64,000 bases of DNA, from IMG/VR virus record IMGVR_UViG_3300032270_000796, positions 41,506 to 105,505 of that record, one strand, 5' to 3'. Both the position numbers and the translations under genes were made by a program. Numbering within the stretch: the stretch's first letter is position 1; the number at the start of each line of letters is the position of its first letter. This stretch comes from a virus (lineage: Duplodnaviria > Caudoviricetes). The notes under the pieces were generated by a model. That model saw only the letters and a list, made by a program, of their open reading frames with translations. It had not been told where the DNA came from and did no database searches. Below, in pieces: positions 39,680 through 48,232 of the stretch.

Positions 39680-40021
39680 TGATTGATATTATTGGATCTG
39701 TTATTGCAATTATATTAATTGCATTCTTGTGCTCACCAATTGTGCTAGCCGTGTACATGTGGAATGGTGCAAAAATAGATAGCGATAATGACGGTAAAGA
39801 AGATCTGCCTAATCGTTGGAGCAAATAACGGAGTGTCGAGTTGACAATTGTCAGCTCGGCCCCCAATATTGTGGGGGGTTATCCACAGGCTTACGGGAGT
39901 TATCCACAGACCCTGAAAATTTGTGATTAATCTCACAAAAGCTGCGACACGCCGAGAATGGATTAGGTAATGTCAGTGGCCTATGCTAAAATACTCTTAT
40001 ACCAACAACGAAAGGTAATCT

Positions 40022-40246
40022 ATGTCTAATCTAATGAAAGTTCCACACACTATCGAGTTCGAGGCAATTATTGACTTGGATAAAATTCCCGCTAACTTAC
40101 TACCTGCACTAATTGCACTTGATACTTATTCAGTTACAAAGATGTGCAAAGAAGCAACACTACACGCACTTGGTATGTCTAATGTATTACCACTTGCTAA
40201 TGAAAATAACACTTGGGCTGAAGTAACAATTAAGGAGAATAACTAA
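40022..40246 (+). CDS. Hypothetical protein
   Basis: Promoter and leader. Confidence 0.7.
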   Translation: MSNLMKVPHTIEFEAIIDLDKIPANLLPALIALDTYSVTKMCKEATLHALGMSNVLPLANENNTWAEVTIKENN

Positions 40247-40512
40247 TGGGATACACAACAGCAGTAAGTCTATCTGAGGAATTAGATTTAGAAGTAGCAC
40301 TAGGCTATCACTTACAAGGTAATCATTACCCGCCCGTTCCCCTCTCAATGGTCGAGCCTTGCATCGAGGCTATTGACGCTTATTGGGAAGAAGATTTTGA
40401 TCGAGCAATCGAAATGCCTGAAGGCGTATCTTATAAAGGTCAGACTCACGCACCCGCTTGGGCTATTGTCGAGCAGCACCACTTGGACGCTTGGCTACCT
40501 GAAAGTGACTAA
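40246..40512 (+). CDS. Hypothetical protein
   Basis: HL..NHYPPVP...IVEQHHLDAWL. Confidence 0.75.
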   Translation: MGYTTAVSLSEELDLEVALGYHLQGNHYPPVPLSMVEPCIEAIDAYWEEDFDRAIEMPEGVSYKGQTHAPAWAIVEQHHLDAWLPESD

Positions 40513-40607
40513 GGTAACACAATAACTTTCTCAAATACTGAGATAGGGCTAGACAAATGTCAGACCCCAATGTTATACTATCCACCTAACAAAGAAAAGA
40601 GGCAAAA

Positions 40608-40790
40608 ATGACAATAGATAATCATCTCTATCAGGTTGGCGATTTATTCACCACCCTAAAGTCAAAAAAGACGGGCGTTATCAAAGAGATACACCCACAA
40701 GCATCTGGCTCGGTGCGTGTCCTACTAGAAATGCCAACGAAGGAAACTCGCTGGACTTCAGTATCGGCAAAGACCCTTCTAGGCGCATAA
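40608..40790 (+). CDS. Small hypothetical protein
   Basis: Promoter and RBS. Confidence 0.65.
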   Translation: MTIDNHLYQVGDLFTTLKSKKTGVIKEIHPQASGSVRVLLEMPTKETRWTSVSAKTLLGA

Positions 40791-40925
40791 CCTAGAACGA
40801 AACAGGGACAGTTTAGAGAGTATCTAGTCCAATGTCGTAAGTAAGAACTCTCCACCTTCGGGTGGAAATGTCAGACCCCCCTGCTATACTATCCATAACA
40901 ACAACCAACCAACGAAAGGTATCAA

Positions 40926-41342
40926 ATGTCAAGAGCAATAACAGTAAAGGTGGCAACACCTAAAGTAATCAAGGCACTAGAAACTCGTCTAGCAACACTA
41001 GAAAAAGACTATGCTAGTCAAACAGCAAATGAAGCAAAGTATCAGAAGGCAGTAGAAGCGTGGCGTAAGGAAATTGGAAAGTGGGCTATTGCTAACTTCT
41101 CAAAGGCTGAGAACCTTCGCACAAACTATCGCAACTGGAACAACACTCTCAATGTTGATTTTGACATCATCACAAAGGAAGGCAACTTCCCTGCTGAACC
41201 TGAAAAGGATTTTGAGACAATTCATCAGCACTCTTATCGTGAGATGAAAGAGGACATCACAAATGCTCTCACAATTCTCAAGATGACAGATGAGGAAACA
41301 GTAAATGCTTCTACTATGAAGCAAATTGCTAAGTATCTCTAA
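40926..41342 (+). CDS. Hypothetical protein
   Basis: Promoter and leader. Confidence 0.75.
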   Translation: MSRAITVKVATPKVIKALETRLATLEKDYASQTANEAKYQKAVEAWRKEIGKWAIANFSKAENLRTNYRNWNNTLNVDFDIITKEGNFPAEPEKDFETIHQHSYREMKEDITNALTILKMTDEETVNASTMKQIAKYL

Positions 41343-41464
41343 ATAATTTGGGGGGCAGAACTAAAGTCCTGAACCCAATCGTTCTCGCATAACGATAAAT
41401 TGCGAACGACCTGAGTAAGTCGCCAAACTGCTCTCCTTCGGGAAACTACTAACAAAGGCATTAA

Positions 41465-41863
41465 ATGAAAAAACTAACGGCAACCATACTTGGAATTATC
41501 CTTGTTGGAACACTTGCAACTGCTTGCGGTTCGGAAGATACAGAAATCTTAAACAATGCAGGAGAACCTTATGTTGAAAAAACAATTACTGATTCATATG
41601 ATTGGAGAATAAAATCTTCTTGCAAACATTTTAGACGAGCCTTGGCCAATGCAGATATTACAACATATCAAGAACAACTTAAAGAACTTAAAGACGCCTA
41701 CACTGGAGCAGCATGGGCATACGAAGATGGAGTATGGCAAAGTGGCCCTATATACCACGCAATGAGGATAACACTTGCTGCAGCGGTAGATAACAATTTT
41801 AATGATGAGGCAGTTGCAGCAATGGCTGAAGTTGCAGTTCTGTGCTCCAGCGTTCCAAACTAA
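41465..41863 (+). CDS. Predicted lipoprotein
   Basis: MKK + hydrophobic stretch + LATA-C lipobox. Confidence 0.65.
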   Translation: MKKLTATILGIILVGTLATACGSEDTEILNNAGEPYVEKTITDSYDWRIKSSCKHFRRALANADITTYQEQLKELKDAYTGAAWAYEDGVWQSGPIYHAMRITLAAAVDNNFNDEAVAAMAEVAVLCSSVPN

Positions 41864-41891
41864 TAAACCCCCAACTAACAAAGGAAACAAA

Positions 41892-42152
41892 ATGGCTAAT
41901 CGTTTCAGAGTAGAAATCTACGATGCAAACAAACTTAATGACATCACGATTTATTCGGATCAAGGTGTTGATAAAGAATACTTAACTGAATTAGTATTCA
42001 GCAACATCAGAAACTTTAGCGGAAAGATTAACGCTTATGTTTTTGATAATGTAAAAAAGAAAAAGACAACTGCTATGTTTCTTGATGAAAGTACAGTTGA
42101 GTTTAATAAGAACTTAATTAAAAATGCGACAAAGGTAGAGGTGGGGATTTAA
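41892..42152 (+). CDS. Hypothetical protein
   Basis: RBS AAAGGA; MANRFRVEIYD. Confidence 0.7.
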   Translation: MANRFRVEIYDANKLNDITIYSDQGVDKEYLTELVFSNIRNFSGKINAYVFDNVKKKKTTAMFLDESTVEFNKNLIKNATKVEVGI

Positions 42153-42330
42153 TCCCCAGCTCGGCCCCCGCTTTTGAGGGGTTATCCACAGCGTTACGAC
42201 AACCTGTGGAAAACCCTGAAAATTTGTGAGAATGATCACACCGCACAATTCGGACAAATGACTGTCTAATCTAGACAATGTCAGTGCCACCTGTTATACT
42301 TACAACTAATCAAACGAAAGGTAAAAAATA

Positions 42331-43335
42331 ATGGCTCATAATCTAGAAATGGAAAACGGCGAAGTTGCTTTCGCTCTCCGTGGCGCACCTGCTTGGCACA
42401 ATCTAGCAAATCGCATCTTCACACAAGATGAAGAAGTAACTACACAATCTATGCTTGAAGAAGCAAAGTTGGCTAATTGGAATGTTCGTTTATCTCCAAT
42501 CACCGAGCACATTCCAGAATCTTGGAATGATGTTTCTACTGCATCTCTTGTCATTCGTGACAACCCATTCAATGGCGGAACTGATGTTCTTGCAACTGTT
42601 GGAAAGCGTTACAAGCCTGTGCAGAATGAAGAACTATTCGCATTCGCTGATGCAATTCACGATGCCAATGCTGATTGCCGTTGGGAATCTGCTGGCTCAC
42701 TCAAAAAGGGTAAAGTTGTTTTCGGCACTGTGGACATTCCTCGCACAATGGTGCTTGACCCACAAGGCGCTAACGATGAGACTAAACTCTATCTAATTGT
42801 ATGGACATCTCATGACGGGTCTGTTGCTGTTCAAGCAGCGGTTACACCTGTTCGTGTTGTATGCCAAAACACACTGAATCTTGCAATGCGTAATGCTAAG
42901 CAATCATTCAAGATTCGTCACACGCAATCTGTTGAAGGTCGCATTCAAGTTGCCCGTGAGACTCTTGGTCTTGCTCTTGGATACTTTGATGAATTTGAGA
43001 TTGAGGCTCAGGCATTGTTTAATCAAGCAATCACCGATGCTGAATTCTCTAAGTTGATTCAGACAATTTATCCTAAGCCTGAAAAAGATGCTAAGGGTGC
43101 AATCAAGAAGTGGGAAAACAAAGTTGTCCTGCTTGACGATTTGTATCACAACTCACCAACCAATGCTAACATCAAGGGAACTAAGTGGGGTGCATTTAAT
43201 GCACTTACTGAGCGCCTTGATTACTATCGTTCAGGTCGTGGCAATGGTGAAACTCTTATGGCAGGTGCATCAGGATTTGACCCTGTTCTAACTGCTGAGA
43301 AAAACAAAATCAAGAAATTGGTTTCTGCTTTCTAA
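42331..43335 (+). CDS. DUF932/DUF945-family phage-plasmid protein
   Basis: PAWH, RY.PVQN.E.F, ESAGSL..G, SHDGS, TPVRVVCQNTL, GT.WGAFNA.TE. Confidence 0.85.
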   Translation: MAHNLEMENGEVAFALRGAPAWHNLANRIFTQDEEVTTQSMLEEAKLANWNVRLSPITEHIPESWNDVSTASLVIRDNPFNGGTDVLATVGKRYKPVQNEELFAFADAIHDANADCRWESAGSLKKGKVVFGTVDIPRTMVLDPQGANDETKLYLIVWTSHDGSVAVQAAVTPVRVVCQNTLNLAMRNAKQSFKIRHTQSVEGRIQVARETLGLALGYFDEFEIEAQALFNQAITDAEFSKLIQTIYPKPEKDAKGAIKKWENKVVLLDDLYHNSPTNANIKGTKWGAFNALTERLDYYRSGRGNGETLMAGASGFDPVLTAEKNKIKKLVSAF

Positions 43336-43382
43336 TTAAAAAAATCCTGAGCATGATTTAAAACTGCTCACATTTTTTATTT

Positions 43383-43456
43383 GGTCTGTTAGCTCAGTTG
43401 GTTAGAGCGCTACCCTGTCACGGTAGAGGTCGACGGTTCAAGTCCGTTACAGATCG
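43383..43456 (+). tRNA. tRNA-Asp, anticodon GUC
   Basis: GGTCTGT-TA-GCTC...GAGC-G-CTACC-CT(GTC)AC-GGTAG...GGTTCAAGTCC...ACAGATC-G. Confidence 0.92.
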
Positions 43457-43583
43457 CAAATCGCCCGCAATGTTAAGGGAACCAAAACTGTGTTACGACT
43501 CACATAAAAAATCCCCTGAAATCTATTGCATATGTCAGTGGGGTCGTGTACAATACTCCATATACAACAACGAAAGGTATAAA

Positions 43584-44009
43584 ATGTCATCACGAACTAA
43601 AGGTTACATTGGAACACTAGTGGACGGCAAAAAGCTTGCCACAATTGCAAATGGTATATATAACTTACAATACAGTTCAGACTTCTCTGAGTGCACAGTA
43701 GATAATCTATTGTTTATTGAATTAGAAGAGAAGAACGTATTTGGGGATCCTAAATATGCCCTGGTTTGTTCAGAGGGTGTTGGCTGGGAACAAGATACAT
43801 ATGGTTGCCTAGAAGTACCAACAAACATCGGTGCTATGGGTCTATGGAATGGCCGTGTCTTTATCTCAGTAGATACTGTTAAGTCTTGCCTTACTGATAA
43901 GACTGAGGATATATCAGATTACATTAGAGTCTTTGGCTCCCGCCTTGACTCCAACTGCTCCCTATGGCAGTCCAAGATGTCAGTGGTCTCTGATAGAATA
44001 CTCGTATGA
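43584..44009 (+). CDS. Hypothetical protein
   Basis: Start corrected to the ATG after promoter and leader (MSSRTKG). Confidence 0.7.
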   Translation: MSSRTKGYIGTLVDGKKLATIANGIYNLQYSSDFSECTVDNLLFIELEEKNVFGDPKYALVCSEGVGWEQDTYGCLEVPTNIGAMGLWNGRVFISVDTVKSCLTDKTEDISDYIRVFGSRLDSNCSLWQSKMSVVSDRILV

Positions 44010-44662
44010 CCAACGAACTAGTATCAAGTAAATATACATTTGTCTGCGACCCAGATGAATGTGATTGTCTAATTGAATTAACATCATCTGACGGGTTTGG
44101 ATTCCCATCAGGTGTGACAGAACTCACATGTCCATGTGGCCGTAAGACAACCTTATTGTCAGTGGAGCATGCTACAATTGCACCAACAACAACGAAAGAG
44201 GAACAAATGGAAACAACAACACCTGCAGTAACTGTCCCTGATACATACAACTCTAATCTATTGGTAACCTATAAGGTTATCCGTGGCTACTCAGATGCAG
44301 AATATGCAACTGATAAGGTTGCATCTATCGAGTGGGATTTACACAATGGACGTCAATCACAGAAGCAAGTAAGTCTTTACTTATCTAAGATTGATGCCGT
44401 CAAAGATATCATTACTGAATCATATGCTGATTCAAGCGACCAAGAAACACTTCAAGCAATTGCTGAGGCGCTAGATATTTCTTTAACACGTGAAGTCGAG
44501 TGGTCTGCAACAATTGAAGTTAGCGGAACATTAACAATTGATTTACTTGAAAGCACAGTTGATGATGTCGAGCAAGAAATCTACGACAATCTTTATGTTG
44601 ATTCACAAAATGGTCAGATTGAAATTGTCGATACTGAAATCTGTAATGTGAGAGAAAACTAA
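44006..44662 (+). CDS. Hypothetical protein; second in-frame start at 44207 has its own promoter and leader
   Basis: Leaderless ATG after TAGAAT; internal promoter at 44157 and AACGAAAGAGG RBS. Confidence 0.7.
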   Translation: MTNELVSSKYTFVCDPDECDCLIELTSSDGFGFPSGVTELTCPCGRKTTLLSVEHATIAPTTTKEEQMETTTPAVTVPDTYNSNLLVTYKVIRGYSDAEYATDKVASIEWDLHNGRQSQKQVSLYLSKIDAVKDIITESYADSSDQETLQAIAEALDISLTREVEWSATIEVSGTLTIDLLESTVDDVEQEIYDNLYVDSQNGQIEIVDTEICNVREN

Positions 44663-44874
44663 TGTACTTTGAACTTACTGCTCCCGATAGGTTGTCCATG
44701 GAGATGGCCTATTGGGATGCACAAATCACAGGGCTTGACCCTGAAGCAATGTCACCGTTGACTTTCAACATCGGAACTGGTAGTATTGAGAAAGTAAGTC
44801 GTATTCGTGATAAGTATAACTTGACAGAGTCCTACTGGTCAGATAGAGAAGCGACAGGATATAAGGAGAAGTAA
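44662..44874 (+). CDS. Hypothetical protein
   Basis: TAATG coupling. Confidence 0.7.
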   Translation: MYFELTAPDRLSMEMAYWDAQITGLDPEAMSPLTFNIGTGSIEKVSRIRDKYNLTESYWSDREATGYKEK

Positions 44875-45016
44875 TGTCAGATTACAAAGATGGTTTTACA
44901 GACGGGTATAAATTTGCTCGTGAGGAACTAATGGAAAAGTTAGCAGAGATTGATATTGCTGACATTGACTCTTGGATTCTTGACCGTCTTTCAGAGATGA
45001 TTGAAGGTAATCAACT

Positions 45017-45208
45017 ATGATGGCTGAATGGCTTAAGTGTGATCAGTGTGCAGCTCAGGCAATGTGGGAAGCAAAGAAAGACGCCATGTCTCTTTATTTC
45101 TGCGGACATCATAAGAACGCACAGGGCGAGTCTCTTGTGGACTGGGCCCATGAAATGGTACAATTACTCAACTACGAAAAAGAACACCAACTAGAAACGG
45201 CGGAATAA
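45017..45208 (+). CDS. Small Zn-binding hypothetical protein
   Basis: CDQC...FCGHH. Confidence 0.7.
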   Translation: MMAEWLKCDQCAAQAMWEAKKDAMSLYFCGHHKNAQGESLVDWAHEMVQLLNYEKEHQLETAE

Positions 45209-45209
45209 A

Positions 45210-45578
45210 ATGGGCGACAGAGCAAACTTTGGATTTAAAGATTCCAAGGACAATATTGTATTTCTATATGGACACTGGGCAGGGCACCGAATGCTAGAGA
45301 ACCTAGCGGATGCTGTAGGCGCTGCAGAGCCACGTTGGCAGGACGAATCATATGCAACACGTATTGCTATCTCACAATTAATTAAAGACGAATGGGCTAG
45401 CGAAACAGGGTGGGGCATTACAGTAAATGAATTAGCAGACAATGAGCACAAGGTCCCTATTATCGATTGGAAGAACCAAACGTTTACATTAATGGAAGAG
45501 GACCTGAAGACGGTTGTATTTAGTACAACACTGGATGCATTTGTAACCAAGTATTCCAGTCAACCAAGTATGGTATAA
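45210..45578 (+). CDS. Hypothetical protein
   Basis: MGDRAN...LYGHWAG...RW.D.SYATRI. Confidence 0.75.
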   Translation: MGDRANFGFKDSKDNIVFLYGHWAGHRMLENLADAVGAAEPRWQDESYATRIAISQLIKDEWASETGWGITVNELADNEHKVPIIDWKNQTFTLMEEDLKTVVFSTTLDAFVTKYSSQPSMV

Positions 45579-45583
45579 TTAAT

Positions 45584-45736
45584 CCAGGACCTATGGTCTT
45601 GGTTTTAATATAGAAATGAAATGGTGCGTCTAACTAGTCTACGGGCCAGGCGCTAAGTAAAGCGGTTTATTTCTTTCGTTGGAAATCTAGCAGCCATATT
45701 CATAACCCCCCAGCTAATCCTGGGGGGTATTCTTTT
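45584..45736 (+). ncRNA. Candidate ~150-nt structured small RNA
   Basis: Extended -10 TGGTATAAT at 45571, 5' hairpin, three-way junction, terminator cccccca...tgggggg followed by a T-run. Confidence 0.55.
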
Positions 45737-45912
45737 GCCCACAAAAGATATGAGGGTATCAGATCTCTTTTAAGAAGTCAATATAAAATACCCTGAAAAT
45801 TTGTGATCTTGACCACATTCTGAATAAAATGTGGTGTGACTCACACCCAAATACTATTCCAAATGTCAGTGGTCCATTGTATAATTGGAACATATCAACG
45901 AAAGGATATAAA

Positions 45913-46656
45913 ATGCCAAATTGGGTAATGAATGGTTTAACTATAGAAGGCTCACCTGAGCAAGTTAAATCTTTAATGGAACAAATGAACAAACCATTCA
46001 AAATGGTCCATGACTCATGGAACACGGAAACTGGACAAATGGAAAAGAAGTTAGTTACTTATCCTAATCCTGTGTTTGCTTTTCATAATATCTATTCTTA
46101 TCTAGATGCAGGTATTACTGAGGAAGACTATCTTTCTCAACCGCCCCATAATCCTGATATGACTGAATGGTTTAAGTTTGAGGGTAATGATTGGTACAAC
46201 TTCAATGTCCGTGAGTGGGGCACCAAATGGGATGTTGCTATCTCAGATAATGATAAGTACTCAGATACATCTATGGAAGATGCTGCTAACGGTGAGAACC
46301 ATGTGGTCCACTACAACTTTAATACTGCTTGGTCCCGACCTATGCCTGCCCTCCAAAAATTATCTGCACAATACCCAACATTACTCTTTACTTTATCATA
46401 TGAGGAAGAGACAGGTTGGGGTGGGGAACTAGAAATTCTTCGTGGAGAAGTTATCTCAGAATCAGAATATGACAACATGTGCCGTGATTGTGATGCAACA
46501 GACCAAATGGAATACTGCGAAAATGACTGTGGTGAAATCTGTGGCAACTGCAACTGGCTTGGTGAGGCTGACCTAGATGCTGTCGCAAAATGTCAGACCC
46601 ATGCTATATACTTAGAAACTAAAGTACCCGAATATCGAAAGGCGGAGGTAAAATGA
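45913..46656 (+). CDS. DUF1281/YubB ferredoxin-like domain protein
   Basis: MPNW..N.L.I.G...DWYNFN..EWGTKWD...F.TAWS.P...YEEE.G. Confidence 0.75.
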   Translation: MPNWVMNGLTIEGSPEQVKSLMEQMNKPFKMVHDSWNTETGQMEKKLVTYPNPVFAFHNIYSYLDAGITEEDYLSQPPHNPDMTEWFKFEGNDWYNFNVREWGTKWDVAISDNDKYSDTSMEDAANGENHVVHYNFNTAWSRPMPALQKLSAQYPTLLFTLSYEEETGWGGELEILRGEVISESEYDNMCRDCDATDQMEYCENDCGEICGNCNWLGEADLDAVAKCQTHAIYLETKVPEYRKAEVK

Positions 46657-46883
46657 GTTTTCTAGAGAACGAAAACCAAATGGTAATAGACGCAACATAT
46701 TCAGAGATTGGCGAAATGCTAGTTGAAGATTGGGTCAATTCCAATTTAGATGAAGGGCAGATGTATGCAGATTTTAGATTTGCAGAAATGTCAGATAACA
46801 ATTACCTAAAAGGTAGATTTAATCAGTTCTATGATTTAAATGAAGGCGACCAGTATTACCTAGAATGGAATGAGGAACTATGA
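46653..46883 (+). CDS. Hypothetical protein
   Basis: RBS GGAGG, ATGA overlap. Confidence 0.65.
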   Translation: MSFLENENQMVIDATYSEIGEMLVEDWVNSNLDEGQMYADFRFAEMSDNNYLKGRFNQFYDLNEGDQYYLEWNEEL

Positions 46884-47167
46884 TGTTAGGTTATTCTAAA
46901 GAAGATCTAGATGAAATGATTAACTCGGTCCATGATGCTAAATTGTTTTACATTAGAAATTCAGATGTTGAGCAAGTAGACAAAGACCCTTTAGTTGAAG
47001 GTTTATTAAAAGCAAATGATTTCCTACAGGGATTATGGGCAGAAGGGTATTTTGACTAATGCATAAACATCATTGGGAATGCACAGATACACCAGGTATC
47101 TTTATGTGCCACGCAGAAGGAACTATTGGATACTTTAATAGTTTAATTAAACAGATTGTTGAAGACA

Positions 47168-47389
47168 ATGACTAAATCATCAATGTTCCTAGAGTATATG
47201 AAACTTCATTTAATTAGTCTTAACCAGGATTGGGAAGATACTAAAAATGGAGAACCTTTGAAGGATGATGAATATGACCCTTCAGATGATTACTTCCAAG
47301 GAGCAATTGAAGCAACCGAACATTTATTGTCAGTGGCAACTGATATAATGGAATCTACTAACGAAAGGTATAACAATGACAATATCTGA
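47168..47389 (+). CDS. Hypothetical protein
   Basis: ORF; carries the 47328 promoter in its 3' end. Confidence 0.6.
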   Translation: MTKSSMFLEYMKLHLISLNQDWEDTKNGEPLKDDEYDPSDDYFQGAIEATEHLLSVATDIMESTNERYNNDNI

Positions 47390-47669
47390 TGATATGTTTA
47401 CTGATAAGGAATCTCTTGTACTCCCGCCCCACCTTCAACGTATGGTGGACGCAGGGGTAACGGGACTAGACATCATGCACGGGGAACTAAAAAACCTAAT
47501 GCTAATTGCAGAGCAGGAACTTGCTGACGCAATTGCACGGGAGGAAGAAACCGAAGAAGCAATGGATTCTATGGACCGCACAAATGCAGAAGGGCGCCTA
47601 GATATGCTTGTCGAACTTTACCAACTAACTTATCAATTATCATTTGCGATTGGAGCACGTACACTATGA
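47376..47669 (+). CDS. Hypothetical protein
   Basis: Promoter and leader. Confidence 0.7.
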   Translation: MTISDDMFTDKESLVLPPHLQRMVDAGVTGLDIMHGELKNLMLIAEQELADAIAREEETEEAMDSMDRTNAEGRLDMLVELYQLTYQLSFAIGARTL

Positions 47670-47992
47670 AGCCTGAAGATAAAGACAAATTAAATGAATG
47701 TTTAAAGATTCTCGACAGCACCGACCTTGGCCTGTCGCTAGTGTGGCTGTGGACATGGTCCACAATTAACAACATCTTTGAGGATGAGACCTACAAGCAG
47801 AACTGCACCATAGACGACATGTGGGACCACCTCTGTGAGGCCGTGGAGGCTGGTATGGGCTTCTCCCTAGAGTACGGGGCGGAACAGCACAATGATGACG
47901 TCCTTGAATGGATGATGAATCGTGAATACATTGTGGACACAATGTTTGAAGAGGATGACGAAGAGGAAGAAGACGAAGATGAAGATGAGTGA
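47666..47992 (+). CDS. Hypothetical protein with poly-acidic tail
   Basis: Ends EEDDEEEEDEDEDE. Confidence 0.7.
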   Translation: MKPEDKDKLNECLKILDSTDLGLSLVWLWTWSTINNIFEDETYKQNCTIDDMWDHLCEAVEAGMGFSLEYGAEQHNDDVLEWMMNREYIVDTMFEEDDEEEEDEDEDE

Positions 47993-48125
47993 CAACTATC
48001 TCAATGATCAGTTAAACAAAGCCCAAAAGCTTTTGTGGGGTGGATCTGAGACTGAGAATATCGAGGCGCATAACATCATTGCTGAATTAATTAAAGATCG
48101 TATTGAACAAGCAGATCTTTCGTAA
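47985..48125 (+). CDS. Small hypothetical protein
   Basis: MSDNYLNDQL...; overlaps the upstream stop. Confidence 0.55.
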   Translation: MSDNYLNDQLNKAQKLLWGGSETENIEAHNIIAELIKDRIEQADLS

Positions 48126-48232
48126 GGGCCAAATTCGGCGGTTACGACACAATTAAATAAACTCCTGAAACTATTTACAAAATTGCAAATAGTTGATATA
48201 CTAAATAAAACATCTCTTGAAAGGGGATTCAA

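Larger units (their letters stand above)
35347..45845. promoter_or_regulatory. CRP/GlxR-type boxes TGTGA-N6-TCACA
   Basis: Perfect at 35347, 35620, 36401, 37322, 38522, 39922, 42225; one mismatch at 43489, 45802, 45830. Confidence 0.8.
35411..47349 (+). promoter_or_regulatory. Array of 17 TGTCRG-N10-TANNNT promoters (PafBC/RecA-NDp consensus)
   Basis: TGTCRG starts at 35411, 35664, 36456, 36584, 37386, 38579, 38931, 39971, 40558, 40869, 42279, 43533, 43978, 44157, 45864, 46591, 47328, each with an exact 10-nt spacer to TANNNT. Confidence 0.85.

Noticed and set aside
43398-43583. N-terminal extension of ORF 43398..44009
   Set aside because: Overlaps tRNA-Asp and a promoter; the leader and ATG are at 43584
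45584-45700. Self-cleaving ribozyme (hammerhead, twister or pistol)
   Set aside because: Conserved catalytic cores were not found by eye
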